Below are positions 39,436-53,016 of a stretch of 64,000 nt of DNA, one piece after another. The notes under the pieces were generated by a model, which saw nothing but the letters and a program-made list of their open reading frames with translations, was not told where the DNA came from and did no database searches. The stretch spans positions 25,420,001-25,484,000 of the forward strand of contig OZ024742.1 of the NCBI GenBank assembly GCA_964016885.1, written 5' to 3'. The number at the start of each line of letters is the position of its first letter. Position 1 is the stretch's first letter. This stretch comes from Eledone cirrhosa (Eukaryota). The position numbers were made by a program, and so were the translations under genes.

Positions 39436-41105
39436 TCTGGAAGAAATCGGGTGCAATCTGACTTGGAGATGGATGGGCTGCGCCAGTTCGTGTATGAGAA
39501 TGGTGCCCCTACGACACTATCAGGAATTAAACCATCTTTGAATTAGCTGAAGCATATTAGCAACACAATATAATGTGTTATTTTGTTAACCAGGAATTGA
39601 ATCCCAACCTCTTTGCTTGATATTAGTGAATGCTTCTCTCATAATATATAAGTTCTCCTGAGTAATGCACAGATAACGAAGAAGAGCTAAATGAAATTAA
39701 AGAATAATCAACCAAAAAGAGTTGCTGATAAAATATAACTTTATTGAGCGAGTTATAAAAGTGAAAATTGGGGAAATTGTCTTTAATTTAGAGGCAGAGT
39801 TTATTCTAATTCTTTGGACTGAAGCCAGGAATCTTAAACAGATGAGAAAAACAAGAAAGATTTCATAAAACTTCTGCCTTATTTGACATTATATGTCAAG
39901 ACGAGGTGAAAATTATCATATATCCGAATATAACTATTATGTCTTCTCTTTGTCTGTTTATGTTGATATCTATTGTCGATCTGACGTATAATTCTTTACA
40001 TAACTCTAAAGCCCCGCTGTCGTTTGTCAAATACAAATAAACTGCCACATTAAAGAAATATTAACACATCATTTTAATATGTGAAGTATAACAGATGTTT
40101 GATTGTGAGGACTGGAATCATACGGGTTCTAAACCTGAATACTAGAATTATTTCCATAATAGATGGGACACCCATTGGTTTCGACGATGAGTGTTCCAGT
40201 TTTTCGATCAACGAAACAGCCAGCTCATGTAATTCCCGTGTAAATGGATGAACGTTCCACAAGCACGTATACTCTTAACGTAATTCTCAGGAAGATTCAG
40301 CGGGATACACTATGTTACAAGTTTGCCATTTGAATAACAGGTACAGTCCATTTGACAGCCTTCCAAACATTTTTCCTCTACCCATGTCATGGGCAAACCG
40401 AAATTATTGTAAACAACAGTTGTCAAAGTTCTCTGGAAGTTAAATTAATCCAGAAACTTTACCATCGAGAACTGAGCATTTTAACCTTTTGGGCATACTG
40501 TGTCCACATATTTCCACAATGAGTGTATCAGATAAACAATTATTATACCCTGATGAAGTCCACTCTAACCACCTCCACTGTATGTGTGTGTATGACAGCT
40601 CATATTTATGTGGTTTAGCTGGCCTCCTCCAACGTATATCTCGTTGGAGGTGCCAAATTTGGCCGATTACTACCAACTCATAACATTCTTTCACTACAAT
40701 CTCGTATTTAGTATTCCGTCCCTCCTATTAAACTTTTCTATAGCTTAGCAGTACCAGTGAGAGATTTGATGATTGTGGAAGGGGAATAGTAACCAGAAAT
40801 TGTTTTTTAAAAATATTTTTATACTTTTTATATTTTCTATATATTTACTCCATATAGATTTACTTATTGCTTTAACTCCCCCCCTCCTCTTCTAAGCATA
40901 CTTTTTTCAACCTTCTATCCTTAGAATCTGCTGTAGTTGTCACTTTCAACGCTTGACTGGGTTTCCTCCACTCCCTCTCCCTCTTTCTTCTACTAGCAAG
41001 TTCAACTGTCCCTACCTTCCACAAAATGCCATGATAGAATCATGTGTCTCAACAACAAACTTTTGACCAATGCTTGTGACAATCACTTTTACCATATATG
41101 GAATT

Positions 41106-41200
41106 ACCCCTGAGAAGTTCGGCTATTCATTTACCAGGATAAAAATGTTCATTTAGTCCAGAATTAGCCGTCGAAACGGCTTGAGCTCAGCCGTCGGGGT
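41106..41200 (+). ncRNA. HHR with full stem III and extended stem II, core CTGAGAA (family L, probably mutated)
   Basis: ccc-CTGAGAA-g tt cggcta..tagccg t c-GAAA-cggct tgagctc agccg-TC-gggg. The 3' half recurs at 16474-16509 and 44895-44912 (minus). Confidence 0.6.
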
Positions 41201-41208
41201 CCTACTTG

Positions 41209-41263
<55 letters not shown>

Positions 41264-41495
41264 AATTATATTTTAACGTTCTGCTTCTCTTTCTTCATTT
41301 TCTTCGATTATAATTTCTCTGCTTATCTTCGCACACTAAATATTAATGCTTCTAATGTTTAACCCCGTCTGTATAAGCATCGAGCACTAAAGCACTTGCT
41401 TCTGGCAATTAATTATCTGTATCGTCTCCTCCTATAACGTTTCTTCACTTCTTCTCTCTATATTTTCTCTCACGATACTATCACATTTTATTATA

Positions 41496-42096
41496 TACTA
41501 GCATTGAATCTCGGCGTTGCTCGGGGCCAATAAGTTACCAAAGTTAGGTTGCACCCTCCATTTTATGGTAGCACTTTTTTGTCTGCCAGGCCCTGGGTGA
41601 ATGAATTGCAGACCTGGACTGCCGAAGCAGGAGCTGCGCCAGCAGTGACAATTGTAGTTTCGCCTATGGATATTATCTCTGTGCAAAGAAGTGTTGAAAT
41701 TTATTGTTTCACAATTTATTATTTACTTGCGCAACACGTGCGTAGACGATGCCAGCTGAACAACAGAGCTGCGAAGGAGTTGTTCTGCATGGTTGTCTAA
41801 TGTGTGTTTTCTAAATTTAAGATTGTAGGGAGGGGTGTGATATGAGGGGAGAGTTAGCTGCTGTTTCTAGCAGGTTTAGTGACCTCATAGGGGATATTAT
41901 TGTGTATAGTAAATAAACTGATACTTCTTCCACGTTCGTTGAGAGATGTTTTAAAAAAGATTTAGCGCTATTTTTTTTGTTGTCGAATAAATTTTCTGTT
42001 GCTTTTGAATAATTTTTTTTTGTATGAAATGTAATAAGTTCTCTTCGATGTCATTGAAGTAAATACATGTTTGACTGTTCCACACTCAAAAACAAA

Positions 42097-42168
<72 letters not shown>

Positions 42169-42537
42169 CTCTTCTCTCTCTCTCCTTCATTTCTTTCTCT
42201 CTTATTTCTTCGACGTCCTAAAGGAAGTTTGTAAGGAGGGGGTTTAAGCATATATAAGAGAAAGTTGCACCATGTATGTAGTTTTATCGAAATTTAAGGG
42301 GGGTAGAGAAAGGCAATCAGATTGTTATTAGAGGGGTAAAGCGTCATGTATTTAGTTTTATTGATTATTTCCGTAATTGTGGGTGAGTTGGAAAAAAATA
42401 AATAGTCGGTGAACTAAGTTAGACCATTTACAACATTCATACAGACTTTGAGTCGAATCGGTTTGAAATTGTGCAAATGTATAAACATGGAACATGCACG
42501 CACACACAACAACAATCTGCCTTTTATAGATAATGAT
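41496..42537 (+). mobile_element. Non-autonomous Helentron/HINE-like rolling-circle element
   Basis: Starts tatactagc...cggcgttgctcggg and ends catacagactttgagtcgaatcggtt...cacacaca...gccttttatagataatgat, resembling DINE-1/HINE-type termini. Confidence 0.55.
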
Positions 42538-42544
42538 ATATACA

Positions 42545-43130
42545 TATTTCGTTTCTGAATTTGTTTAGCGAGATTCTTTATCTGAAATCGTGTGTTGAAA
42601 CCGATACTGTTATACTTTGGGAGGGTCATGTTGTCAATAAGAAACACACGCACCAGTTGCTTTCACTTCAATTTATTATAATAAATTTATAAATTTATAA
42701 ATTTATAAATTTCTGGTTGGTTGGTTGGTTTCACAACCAGATAGTTGTTTATATATTGTCATAGTTCTTTCGTCACACACTCTGTGACTGGGGATTCTTT
42801 TCTTGTTTTTTGTGCCTCTCCTTTGTTCTGTTCTACGCCATTTTGTTTCTGTGTGTGTGTACAAAATGGCGTAGGACAGAACAAAGGAGAGGCACAAAAA
42901 ACAAAAAACAAAGAAAAGAATCCCCAGTCACTGAAGTGGTCACAGAGTGTGTGACGAAAGAACTATGACAATATATAAACAACTATCTGGTTGTGGAAAT
43001 AACCAACGAACCAGAAATTTATAAATTTATAAATTTATAAATTTATAAATTTATTATAATAAATTGAAGTGAAAGCAACTGGTGCGTGTGTTTCTTATTG
43101 GCAACATGACCCTCCCAAAGTATAACGATA
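42545..43130. mobile_element. Fold-back of the Neptune-like PLE 3' end with HHR at 42927-42969
   Basis: 42605-42845 is inverted relative to 42860-43128 and homologous to 29260-29520. gtca-CTGAAGT-g gtcac..gtgac-GAAA-gaac-TA-tgac. Confidence 0.82.
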
Positions 43131-43219
43131 TATACATATATATATATATATATATGAAAAACACATATATATATATATATAGTGACGATTCAATTGCATG
43201 AACTCATAATCCTTTATTT

Positions 43220-43275
43220 ACTGCTATATATATTTCGATGATAGCCATTGAATGGCTATGACCTCATCCGGCAGT
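43220..43275 (-). ncRNA. Minimal HHR, CGGATGA core (family M)
   Basis: actgc-CGGATGA-ggtc atagcca ttcaa tggctat catc-GAAA-tatata-TA-gcagt, 40 nt from a (TA)n tract. Confidence 0.7.
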
Positions 43276-45099
43276 TAGTCAGTTCTTAGATATGGCAGCT
43301 CTGTGTTTATAGTGTTGATGGTATCAGAGCCTTGGGACATATAAGCTTGTTAGGAATAATTTAATGTTGTCAGCAGGAATAGTATTAATTCTCATTGCTC
43401 AGTTTGTAGATGCTAGTAGGGTTGGTATTTGACATCAAAGAGGCAGGTGGTGTTGTAAAGTTCAAACCGTCAGGCAAGATGACAATAGTTCCATATGACT
43501 GATTTTCACAAAAAGCATTCCTGGTCAGATATATATTCAATTAAGGTTAATGGTATGAAATAGATACTACAGGTCATTCTTAAATTGAGGAATTTATGTG
43601 GAGTGGTGCTACTGAAAATTATGGTTAGAGTAGAAAATTTACAAATAAAAAGACTTATGTAGGTTGGCTTGCACATACACTCACACCCACCTCCATACAC
43701 ACACACACACATCCACACATACAAATTGAGGAATTAATGTGGGGTGGTAATACTTAAAATAATGGTTAGAGTCAAATACTTAGATAGTTTAGAAAATTTA
43801 GAAATAAAAAGACTTATGTTGGTTGACTTTTACATACACTCACACCTACCCCTCAGACACACACACATCTACACACACAAATCCATACAGGTGTATATAT
43901 ATATATATATATGTACGCACAAGTGCATATATATATACAACAGAGGCCCCCAAACCCAAGTATAATGCAGACATAAAACTAGGTGGGTGTTATTTTTAAA
44001 GAAAAGTAAAGTGGGTGTTTGGAAAAGTTATTGTTTAGACTAGACAAAGGTAGAGTGTGATATATATCTTCACAGCAATAGCTTGGGGGTTTTGGAGCTT
44101 AGGCGAATCCCTTAGTACAGACATATATACCCACCCGCACTTTTATACTTCTGGATGCGAGTGTATGTCTATATACACATGTGCACTCATACAAGAGAGT
44201 ATATACAAATATACTCTTAAGCAAACACTCGAACATTTATCAATCCAACCTGGGGTATTAGTATTACGTTGCGTTCACATGAGTGTGTACATTCACGCAG
44301 TCCAAGTATACACACAAAATGCACGGTTGTGGGTACCCATTCATGCGTATAGGGTTAGTACCTTGGGATAATTGTTCTTCCTGTGTGGGCCGCTCTCGGG
44401 GTTCAATAAAAAGTGGTTTTGATAACTCCTAATCAGTAGAGGATCCCGTGGACCATCCACCATAGGGTCCACTATGGGTGGTTGTTGTTGTCCATTGGTC
44501 ATTGGTACGGGGTGTAGAGGACCTAGAGGGGGGGGGCGTTGTGGTTTATCCATATAGCTTGAGGAAAGTTCCCGTCCTTAGGTGTCTGCAGGCACCAAAT
44601 AAGTCGGCCCTTCTGTTTAATAGCTTGGTTCCGCCATGAAGTATCTCGAGTGTCTCACTAAGACAGAGGTTGCAAATACCGGACCCGCCTCTGTCTGGGG
44701 GAACCTTTCTAACCACGGACCAGACCAGAGAGTGCGGGTCTTTTCAAGTTTGAGCTTCCAGATCAATTCATATAGATCAATTCATATATATATATATGTA
44801 TATATATATAACGAAGGAAATGTGAAAAGGAACCAGATGGACCATAACGCACCAGAGTACTCAATACTTAGGTAGTAGAGTGGGTAATAGGAAAAAGTAT
44901 GACCCCGACGGGGTGTGTGTGTCTGTATCCATGTAACAAGGGTGTTACAGCTTGGTGCCAGTTTGGTCGTAACTCATTTCTACAGCTGAGTGAACTAAAG
45001 TGTCTTGTTCAATGAATCCCCCGGTCGGGCCTGTATCGTTCTCGCAGACACATGATTGAAAACACAATGCTCTAACCACAAAGCCATGCGCCTTGACGT

Positions 45100-45188
45100 G
45101 TATATATATGTATATATATATTCATACATGTGTGCATATATATATGTATACATACACACACACATACATATATATATACACACACACG

Positions 45189-45269
<81 letters not shown>

Positions 45270-45276
45270 ATATATA

Positions 45277-45375
<99 letters not shown>

Positions 45376-45416
45376 ACATACACACACACATACATATATA
45401 TATACACACACACGCT

Positions 45417-45509
<93 letters not shown>

Positions 45510-45520
45510 ATATATATATA
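45100..45520. repeat. (TA)n-rich tract with internal duplication
   Basis: Directly visible. Confidence 0.9.
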
Positions 45521-45999
45521 GTAATAATAATAAATTTGAAGATCCCGTTAAGGGTGAAAGCAGCAATTCTTTGCTTAAACTTTAATCTGTTATTTTAATA
45601 AATATATATATATATATATATATATAAAAACACCTTCATATATAAGGTGAGAGATGGAGAGGAAGAGATAGAATCACAATGACTATGCCAGGATGAAAAA
45701 GCGTATTTCAAATCCAGAAAGGTATTTTGTTGTGAAATCCAATTTTTCAACACTTCTCTAAACTCCATCTTATCTCAAGTTTAACACTTTAATTTAGCAA
45801 TCAATAATGTTTTTTCCAATTTAGGCTCAGAACTAGAGATTTAGGGGCGGCGAGAAAGCAGATTATATTTTGTTGATCCTGGAAAGCTCAATGGCAATGT
45901 TATCCACGGAGATATTTGAACCATGCAGTATAGAGCGGCATCTAAAGAGAAAAACGTCTAAAGTATGTCACGAGGCCGGAGGCCCTTAAGAGCGGTGCT

Positions 46000-46232
46000 T
46001 ATTCCGGTTTCTATAGCGTGAACCGTGTGAGTACATGGCTTTCCATTAGACCAGATGCCAGTCCATCGCTGGGGGAACTTTCAGTTATTGCGGGTACTCA
46101 TTTTCAGCCGCGTACACTAGAGCAACGTGAAATGAAGTGTTTTTCTAAAGAACACAATACAACCAATACCAAACCCATAAGTCGAAACTGCGACATTATG
46201 TTAGTAAGTCCAACACTCTTACTATTAGCCCC
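46000..46232 (-). mobile_element. CORE-type SINE, decayed
   Basis: Reverse complement resembles 30513-30740. Confidence 0.65.
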
Positions 46233-46797
46233 CCATCCGTCAAAGCTGTATGAAATACCAGAAATATTTCATCCAATGTTCTAACAATTCTGTGAACCAA
46301 CTGACCCTTTTAGTAGATAAAATCACTAACAGTCTCACATGTATTTACAATTAGATCCCAACCCGTCCCGCTCACTCGCTCTTGAGTTATTATTGTTTTC
46401 TGTGAAATAGTTCAAGGATTTCTATAGAAAATGTATGTTTGTTTACAATGTTGTATATAGCTGATGCTGACGCAACATAGCCAAATAATTTAGAAATTTG
46501 CTTCGTAAACCTTTCGTGCCGGATTCAATTTCACCACGAAACATCTTGATATGTGGCAAGTGTTAATTACCATGTCCACGAGTCTACCCTTGCTTTATAA
46601 GCGTAGTTTAAGTAGACTGAATCTGTTTCACAGCCTGTCGGATAGGCTGTACCTGTAATTCCAATGTACATACACGCACACAAATATATATTGAGAAATA
46701 TATGCTTATGCATACACTCAGAAAAATACATACCCATATTTTCACTATATACACGCGCGCGCGCACACACACACACACACACATACACACAGACACA

Positions 46798-46889
<92 letters not shown>

Positions 46890-47500
46890 CATTCACCCAT
46901 ACTAAAACACACACACACACACACACACATACAATGGAACGATAGGTTTAGCTGGTAAACGGAGAAAGCTTGAAACAATGAACTGTTGAAGAATTGTTGA
47001 AACAATAGACTTAATTTTCACCAGAACAGCAACAATATATCTGATGTTTTTAGTATTATCACAATTATCACAAATCATTTTTTTTTCGTGACGATATATT
47101 TGTATTGTAAGGTTTTTGATATGAAATCGTGTGTTGAATCAAGTATTGTTATATTTGGGGAGGGTAATATTGTTCTAATATTGCCTAAAACAGGTCCAAA
47201 ATAGTAAAATACTGTTGGTTTTTATTTCAGTATATCTTTATAAATAATTAGGTTAGCTGCCAATATTAGGACATTATGACCCTCCCCAAATATAACAATA
47301 TCCTTGTATTTTATTTTTTATTTTTTTGTGGAAGGCGTTAGAAGGGGGAACATATAAATAATTGTTTCTACTTTTGGCCCAAGGCCAGCAATTATCCCAG
47401 TGTATCATATAAGTAATAAAATAATATGTGCAAGATAAACTGAAACATTTTGCATCTTTTTCGATAGCAGATGCCACCCTCTCTCTCTTCCCCTCTCCAA

Positions 47501-47558
<58 letters not shown>

Positions 47559-47605
47559 CTCTATGTATATATATATATAAGACATACTTACATACATACA
47601 TAATT

Positions 47606-47669
<64 letters not shown>

Positions 47670-47671
<2 letters not shown>

Positions 47672-48095
47672 TAAAACAATGAAATAAGAAAAAAACAATT
47701 TGATTTGTTAGTTCTTCAAATACTTCCAAATAAGGACATGATACTAACATACTACTAATTCTGAATAAAATTATTATTGGTTTTGAAAACAGCTGGTGAT
47801 ATGCATGTAAGTAAATATTCTCTTTATCTGGTATTTTGTAACTAACCTTACATAGATCAATAACGGAGTATAGCTACAATGTATTATCATCACCTAGAAA
47901 CGATCGTAAAGCAGTGAAGTATATCTCTAATGACTTGATATTTTTATTTCATTGTTTTAACTTATATCATGACTCTGTTTTCCTTTTAATGTTTTATTGT
48001 TTTCCGGGATTTATCTTAACCTACAACATTTTCAACATATGAATTACATCGAGTTCTTCATGCAGACTAGACCCCACAACTTACCGTGGATATCT
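47670..48095 (+). mobile_element. PLE 3'-end fragment (family G') with HHR at 47774-47917
   Basis: TTGAAAA-cagctggtgat...atcatcaccta-GAAA-cgatcg-TA-aagcagtga. Downstream sequence is homologous to 59690-59870 (minus). Confidence 0.78.
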
Positions 48096-48281
48096 CTGTG
48101 TATATATATATATACACACACCTGTATATACATATATATAATATATATATATGTATGTACATATATATATATATATACATGTGTATATACATATAAATAC
48201 ACACATATCTACATATAAATACACACATATACACATATATATACACATGTGTATATATGTGTATATATAGATACACACACT

Positions 48282-48371
<90 letters not shown>

Positions 48372-48820
48372 CATATATATAAACATACATACACACACGC
48401 ATATATAGCTATCCATGTGCGTGTGTGTATATATATGAATATTGAGTGAAATAATTTGTAGATATTTTTTCATCTGTTTATCAGTATGTTGCACCAGATA
48501 AACGTTGAATACCTCATGTAAGTAAGGTTGAATTCAGTGTTTGTGTTGTGGTGGTGGTGGTGGTGGTGGTGGTGGGGGATGTTTCTGACAAGGGGAATAC
48601 AAAGGAATGCCGTCATACAGAGATGGAATGTTGGTATATTATTGTGAAAATAAAGGAGTTATATAGGAGAGTGATGATAGGGTCGTAGATTTGATAGGGT
48701 GAGGTCTAATGAGATGAGATGTGAGGTATTGGAAGAGAAGATAGAAGAGGAGAGTGGCAATAAGAGGGAGGGAGAGAGAGAGAGAGGAATTTGGATCTTA
48801 TATCTGATTCAGAAACAAAT

Positions 48821-49085
48821 AATTGTTTTTACTTTTGGCACAAGGCCAGCAATTATCAGTGTATTACTGGTACTTTATTTTATCGACCCCATAAGGATGA
48901 AAGGCAAAGTTAACCTCGGCGGTATTTGAACTCAGAATGGAAAGGGCCGTAACTCTATGCGTCAAAGCATGTTGTCCGACCCGCTACCGACACTGCCAAT
49001 CCACCGATTCAGAAACAAATAATTGTTTCTACTTTAGGCACAAGGCCAGCAAATACCAGTGCATTACTGGTACTTTATTTTTACA
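48821..49085 (-). mobile_element. Full plus truncated SINE sharing a triplicated 18-bp target
   Basis: gattcagaaacaaataat at 48806, 49006 and 49090. Confidence 0.8.
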
Positions 49086-49285
49086 CTATGATTCAGAAAC
49101 AAATAATGATTATATGATTGGTATATAATCATACACACAATAACACTCACTCGGACGTAGATATATGAATACGAAAAATCGCGCGCGCGCATATGTTTAT
49201 ATAAAAATACATGCAAACATATATACATATACACAACTCTCTTTCAACCTCTGTCTATATGTATATATATATACACATAATTATA

Positions 49286-49377
<92 letters not shown>

Positions 49378-49431
49378 TATACATATATATGTGTGTATAT
49401 ATAGTATATATATAAATGTGTGTATATATGA

Positions 49432-49462
<31 letters not shown>

Positions 49463-49489
49463 CGTGTGTATAAATTCAAATACAAACTG

Positions 49490-49542
<53 letters not shown>

Positions 49543-49657
49543 TATTTAAATATAATTGTAGGTCCTATATAATTCTAGGTGCACATGTATGTTTAATCAC
49601 AGAAAACTGATATATCTACATGTCTGTAGGATATAATGTACACATTTGCTTCATACT

Positions 49658-49738
<81 letters not shown>

Positions 49739-50047
49739 TTGTATATACACACACAGACACATGTTGTTTGTACCTCTGTAAGTATATACTTGTTTAGTGG
49801 TGTGAGTGGGTATGTCTGTATCATGCATCCATATTTTAACAAACATTTGCATACCTGCATATGCATATATGGATATTTATATCTTGAATGCATATTTGTG
49901 TGTATCTATATATATATAACTGTATGTATATTTCTAAAAACTGGTAATTCTCCGAGACTGTATCTTGATAATTCCATTTTCATCAAAAATATATCTATGT
50001 TATTAAGTTTGGTAAACACAAAGATGAATTATCTTAACCAAATTGAA

Positions 50048-50081
<34 letters not shown>

Positions 50082-50144
50082 TTTATTATTTAGGAACAAC
50101 AAGAAATCTAATACCAACTGTATCTGAGTCAAATATTTCTTCCT

Positions 50145-50330
50145 ATTGGATTGGCAGTATCGGTATAGGGGCGGACGCCATGCTTTAACGTATACAGTTA
50201 CGGCCCTTGCCATTCTGAGTTCAAATCAGCCGAGGTTAACTTTGCCTTTAATATTTGCGGGGTTGATATAATAAAGTACCAGTAATGTACTGGGTAATTG
50301 CTGGCCTTGTGCCAACAGTAGAAACAGTTA
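50145..50330 (+). mobile_element. SINE (Meta/MESC-like)
   Basis: Matches the family consensus. Confidence 0.85.
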
Positions 50331-50455
50331 TTAGTATTTGTCACCACTCCCGTGTTTCTAGACGCATTTTTTCCTTATAAAATATTGTTAAAAAACAGCA
50401 CAACCCCACCCTGTAAGCCAATAAGGTCTGGGGTTTTGTCGATCGTTGTATTTTG

Positions 50456-50486
<31 letters not shown>

Positions 50487-50700
50487 CTTTGCCCATTTAT
50501 TTATTCCCGAGGGTATCGTGGGGCAATGTTCTCAAAGACTCCTTCTAGCGGGTCGTATCAGAAACAACTGTCTCCAACTGATCCGACTGGATCCTCAAGT
50601 CACACAAGCCAAGCTCAGAGATGTTATCCAACCATCTTGCCCGGGGTCTAGCCGTGGGACTCCTGCTGGTTGGTTTTGCCATACAATCTCTCTAGCGATT
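50456..50700 (-). mobile_element. RTE 3' fragment with (GAA)n tail
   Basis: Minus strand translates ..RPRARWLDNISELG.. and ends in (gaa)n. Confidence 0.75.
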
Positions 50701-51409
50701 CTTTCCTGTTTTAATTAATTCGGAAAATAATCAAGAATCCATTGAGATTAATTTTCTCATTATTTAAAGTTGGTGTTTAAAATATAACTTAAAAAATGTC
50801 TAACATAAAATGATTATGGAAGGTTTTAACGTGAATATGAACACGCTGTAACGAGAAATTTTATATACAATAAAATACAGTTTCAGATGTATAGGTATCA
50901 GTGGGGCAAAAACTGCTGATATGGGAGGCGTGGTTTCAAGCTATCTTTCACGCAGAGGCAATCTTATCCAGCTGTTATATCTTCCTGTTTCACAGCATCT
51001 CCTTTTCTCTCTTTTCTATTTGTTGTTGTTATATGTGTAATTCTATATTATAAATTTGTAAATCTCTTTGGTATCTTCTTATTGTTTCCAGTAGGTGGCT
51101 CTGTTAGATACTTCTTCTTGGCAACACCGAGAAATTATTTTGGCAAGAAAACAATCGTTGATACACTTAGTTAAAGAATTACCATTACTGCTACTATAAG
51201 GAATATTGAATCATCTATGGCAATTAAATACAAAATTGTGCCATTTTGTTAAGAAGTACCAGTAATAGGCTGTGGACAAATGAATAAACTACAACGATTC
51301 CTTATAAGTTTGTGGTATTTGTATTCCAAAATATAGTTGCAATAGTAGCAGGAAAAACTTATGAAAATTCCCTGGTAGTTGGTGGCATTCTCTCATACAA
51401 GTAATATAG

Positions 51410-51612
51410 TTTTACGGGCTAAAACAACTGGCAGGAAACCTAGGAGTAAACCCCGAGCAAGATGGTTGGGTAACATCCATGAGCTCGGCTGGTCTCAACT
51501 GGATCAGATGGAGACGAATGCTTCTGAGAGGACCCGCTGGAGGGAATACTTGAGGACTCTGTCCCAACGACAACCCCCAGAAATAAGTGGGCGATGAAGA
51601 AAACGAAAAAGA
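51410..51612 (+). mobile_element. RTE 3' fragment
   Basis: GRKPRSKPRARWLGNIHELG...ERTRWRE. Confidence 0.7.
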
Positions 51613-52934
51613 AGTATGGTTAAATTTGACAGTTCGTTAAAAAACATGTAATTTTGTTAACTAAGGAATATTAGACCAACTATGTCAATGAGATACGAGG
51701 CCTCATATACCAGTAATACCATACAGAAGTATGAAAATCTGTGACTATCACTTTCGTTTTTGTACTATTTTGTCAAGATAAACTAAATTACTTTTCCATT
51801 AGTCATTCTATAGCTGATACTATCTGTCGGTCGCAACTCCAACGAGAAGGACCCATGTTTTGAACTTAGAAGACTGTATCGGATACTGCAAAACATACCG
51901 TTTGTTCTTTAACAATTCCACCAATCCAGTTTGCCTGGAATGTGTCTAGGAATTGACCTCGAAATGATGAAAAGCAAAGTTAATTTCGGTAAGACCTGTA
52001 TTCACAAGAGAGCAATGAGCCGTAACAAGTACTTATGCATTTCATCTGACACCCTAACAACTCTTTCAAGTTGCCCATCTTGTACCAGTCGTAAACATGA
52101 GTCATTTGAATCAACTACGACTATTGTTTGCAGTTTTGTGGCATTTCGTCAATGGGCGAAATCCTTATAGATTTGACTATAATTTACTCTATAATTTATT
52201 GTTTTTATATAGAATAGCAATAAATTGATCTGAATTGAGAAATCGGAATTTTATAGCTATACGGAAAATTGTCTTAGCGAATACCATTAAAAATATGACA
52301 GAATTGGATACACAAGTCTTGTAGATAATGGAAAAATATATTCGATATAATAGAAATAGAGAAGTGGTGAACTCTTTTGACATTGGGTTTGGAATAGAAG
52401 TAACAAAGGACAAAAGTAAAGTATCTGTAAAAATTCAAATATTAGCATAAAGGTTAAGAATCACTAAATTCTGTTAAAGAACTTTCGGTACTGAGTTAAT
52501 ATGTGTTTAGCAAGTTACCCGGAATTATAGCTTTGATGGTGGATATTTTCAGAATAATAATAGTAAAAGTGAAAAAAAAAAAATGAATAAAATGAATAAA
52601 AAACTAAAATCCAAACAGAAAACAATAAACGCTTATTTTCTCTCTTATCACGTGAGAAAAGTAGAAAAATATTTCAGACGTTTAAAAATGTCCTGACTAA
52701 ATGACATGAGCTAAGTACGAAGGTCAAGCTAAAGCAAATAACAATATTTGGGGTTAAGATGGTTGCACGAGATGGAATTCATTTCTTGTGGTGAGTGTTG
52801 GTAAATTTAAATATTCCTTACTATTTTGGAATACACGGTGATTGACAGGTGTATTTTAAGAAATATCAGAACGGATATATGTATGTGTGTATATATGCAT
52901 GAATGTTTATATGTATGTATGTATTGTGTGTATG

Positions 52935-53016
<82 letters not shown>

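Noticed and set aside
40545-40600. CTGATGA motifs at 40550, 22372 and 29825
   Set aside because: No matching GAAA/stem I partner nearby; 29825 is antisense to the GIY-YIG ORF.
44655-44755. Minus-strand TTGAAAA...GAAA ggtt...aacc TC hammerhead candidate
   Set aside because: Stem I does not pair and stem II is irregular.
52200-52450. Plus-strand coding-like stretch (LRNRNFIAIRKIVLANT...SFDIGFGIEV)
   Set aside because: Interrupted by stops, with no recognisable homology.
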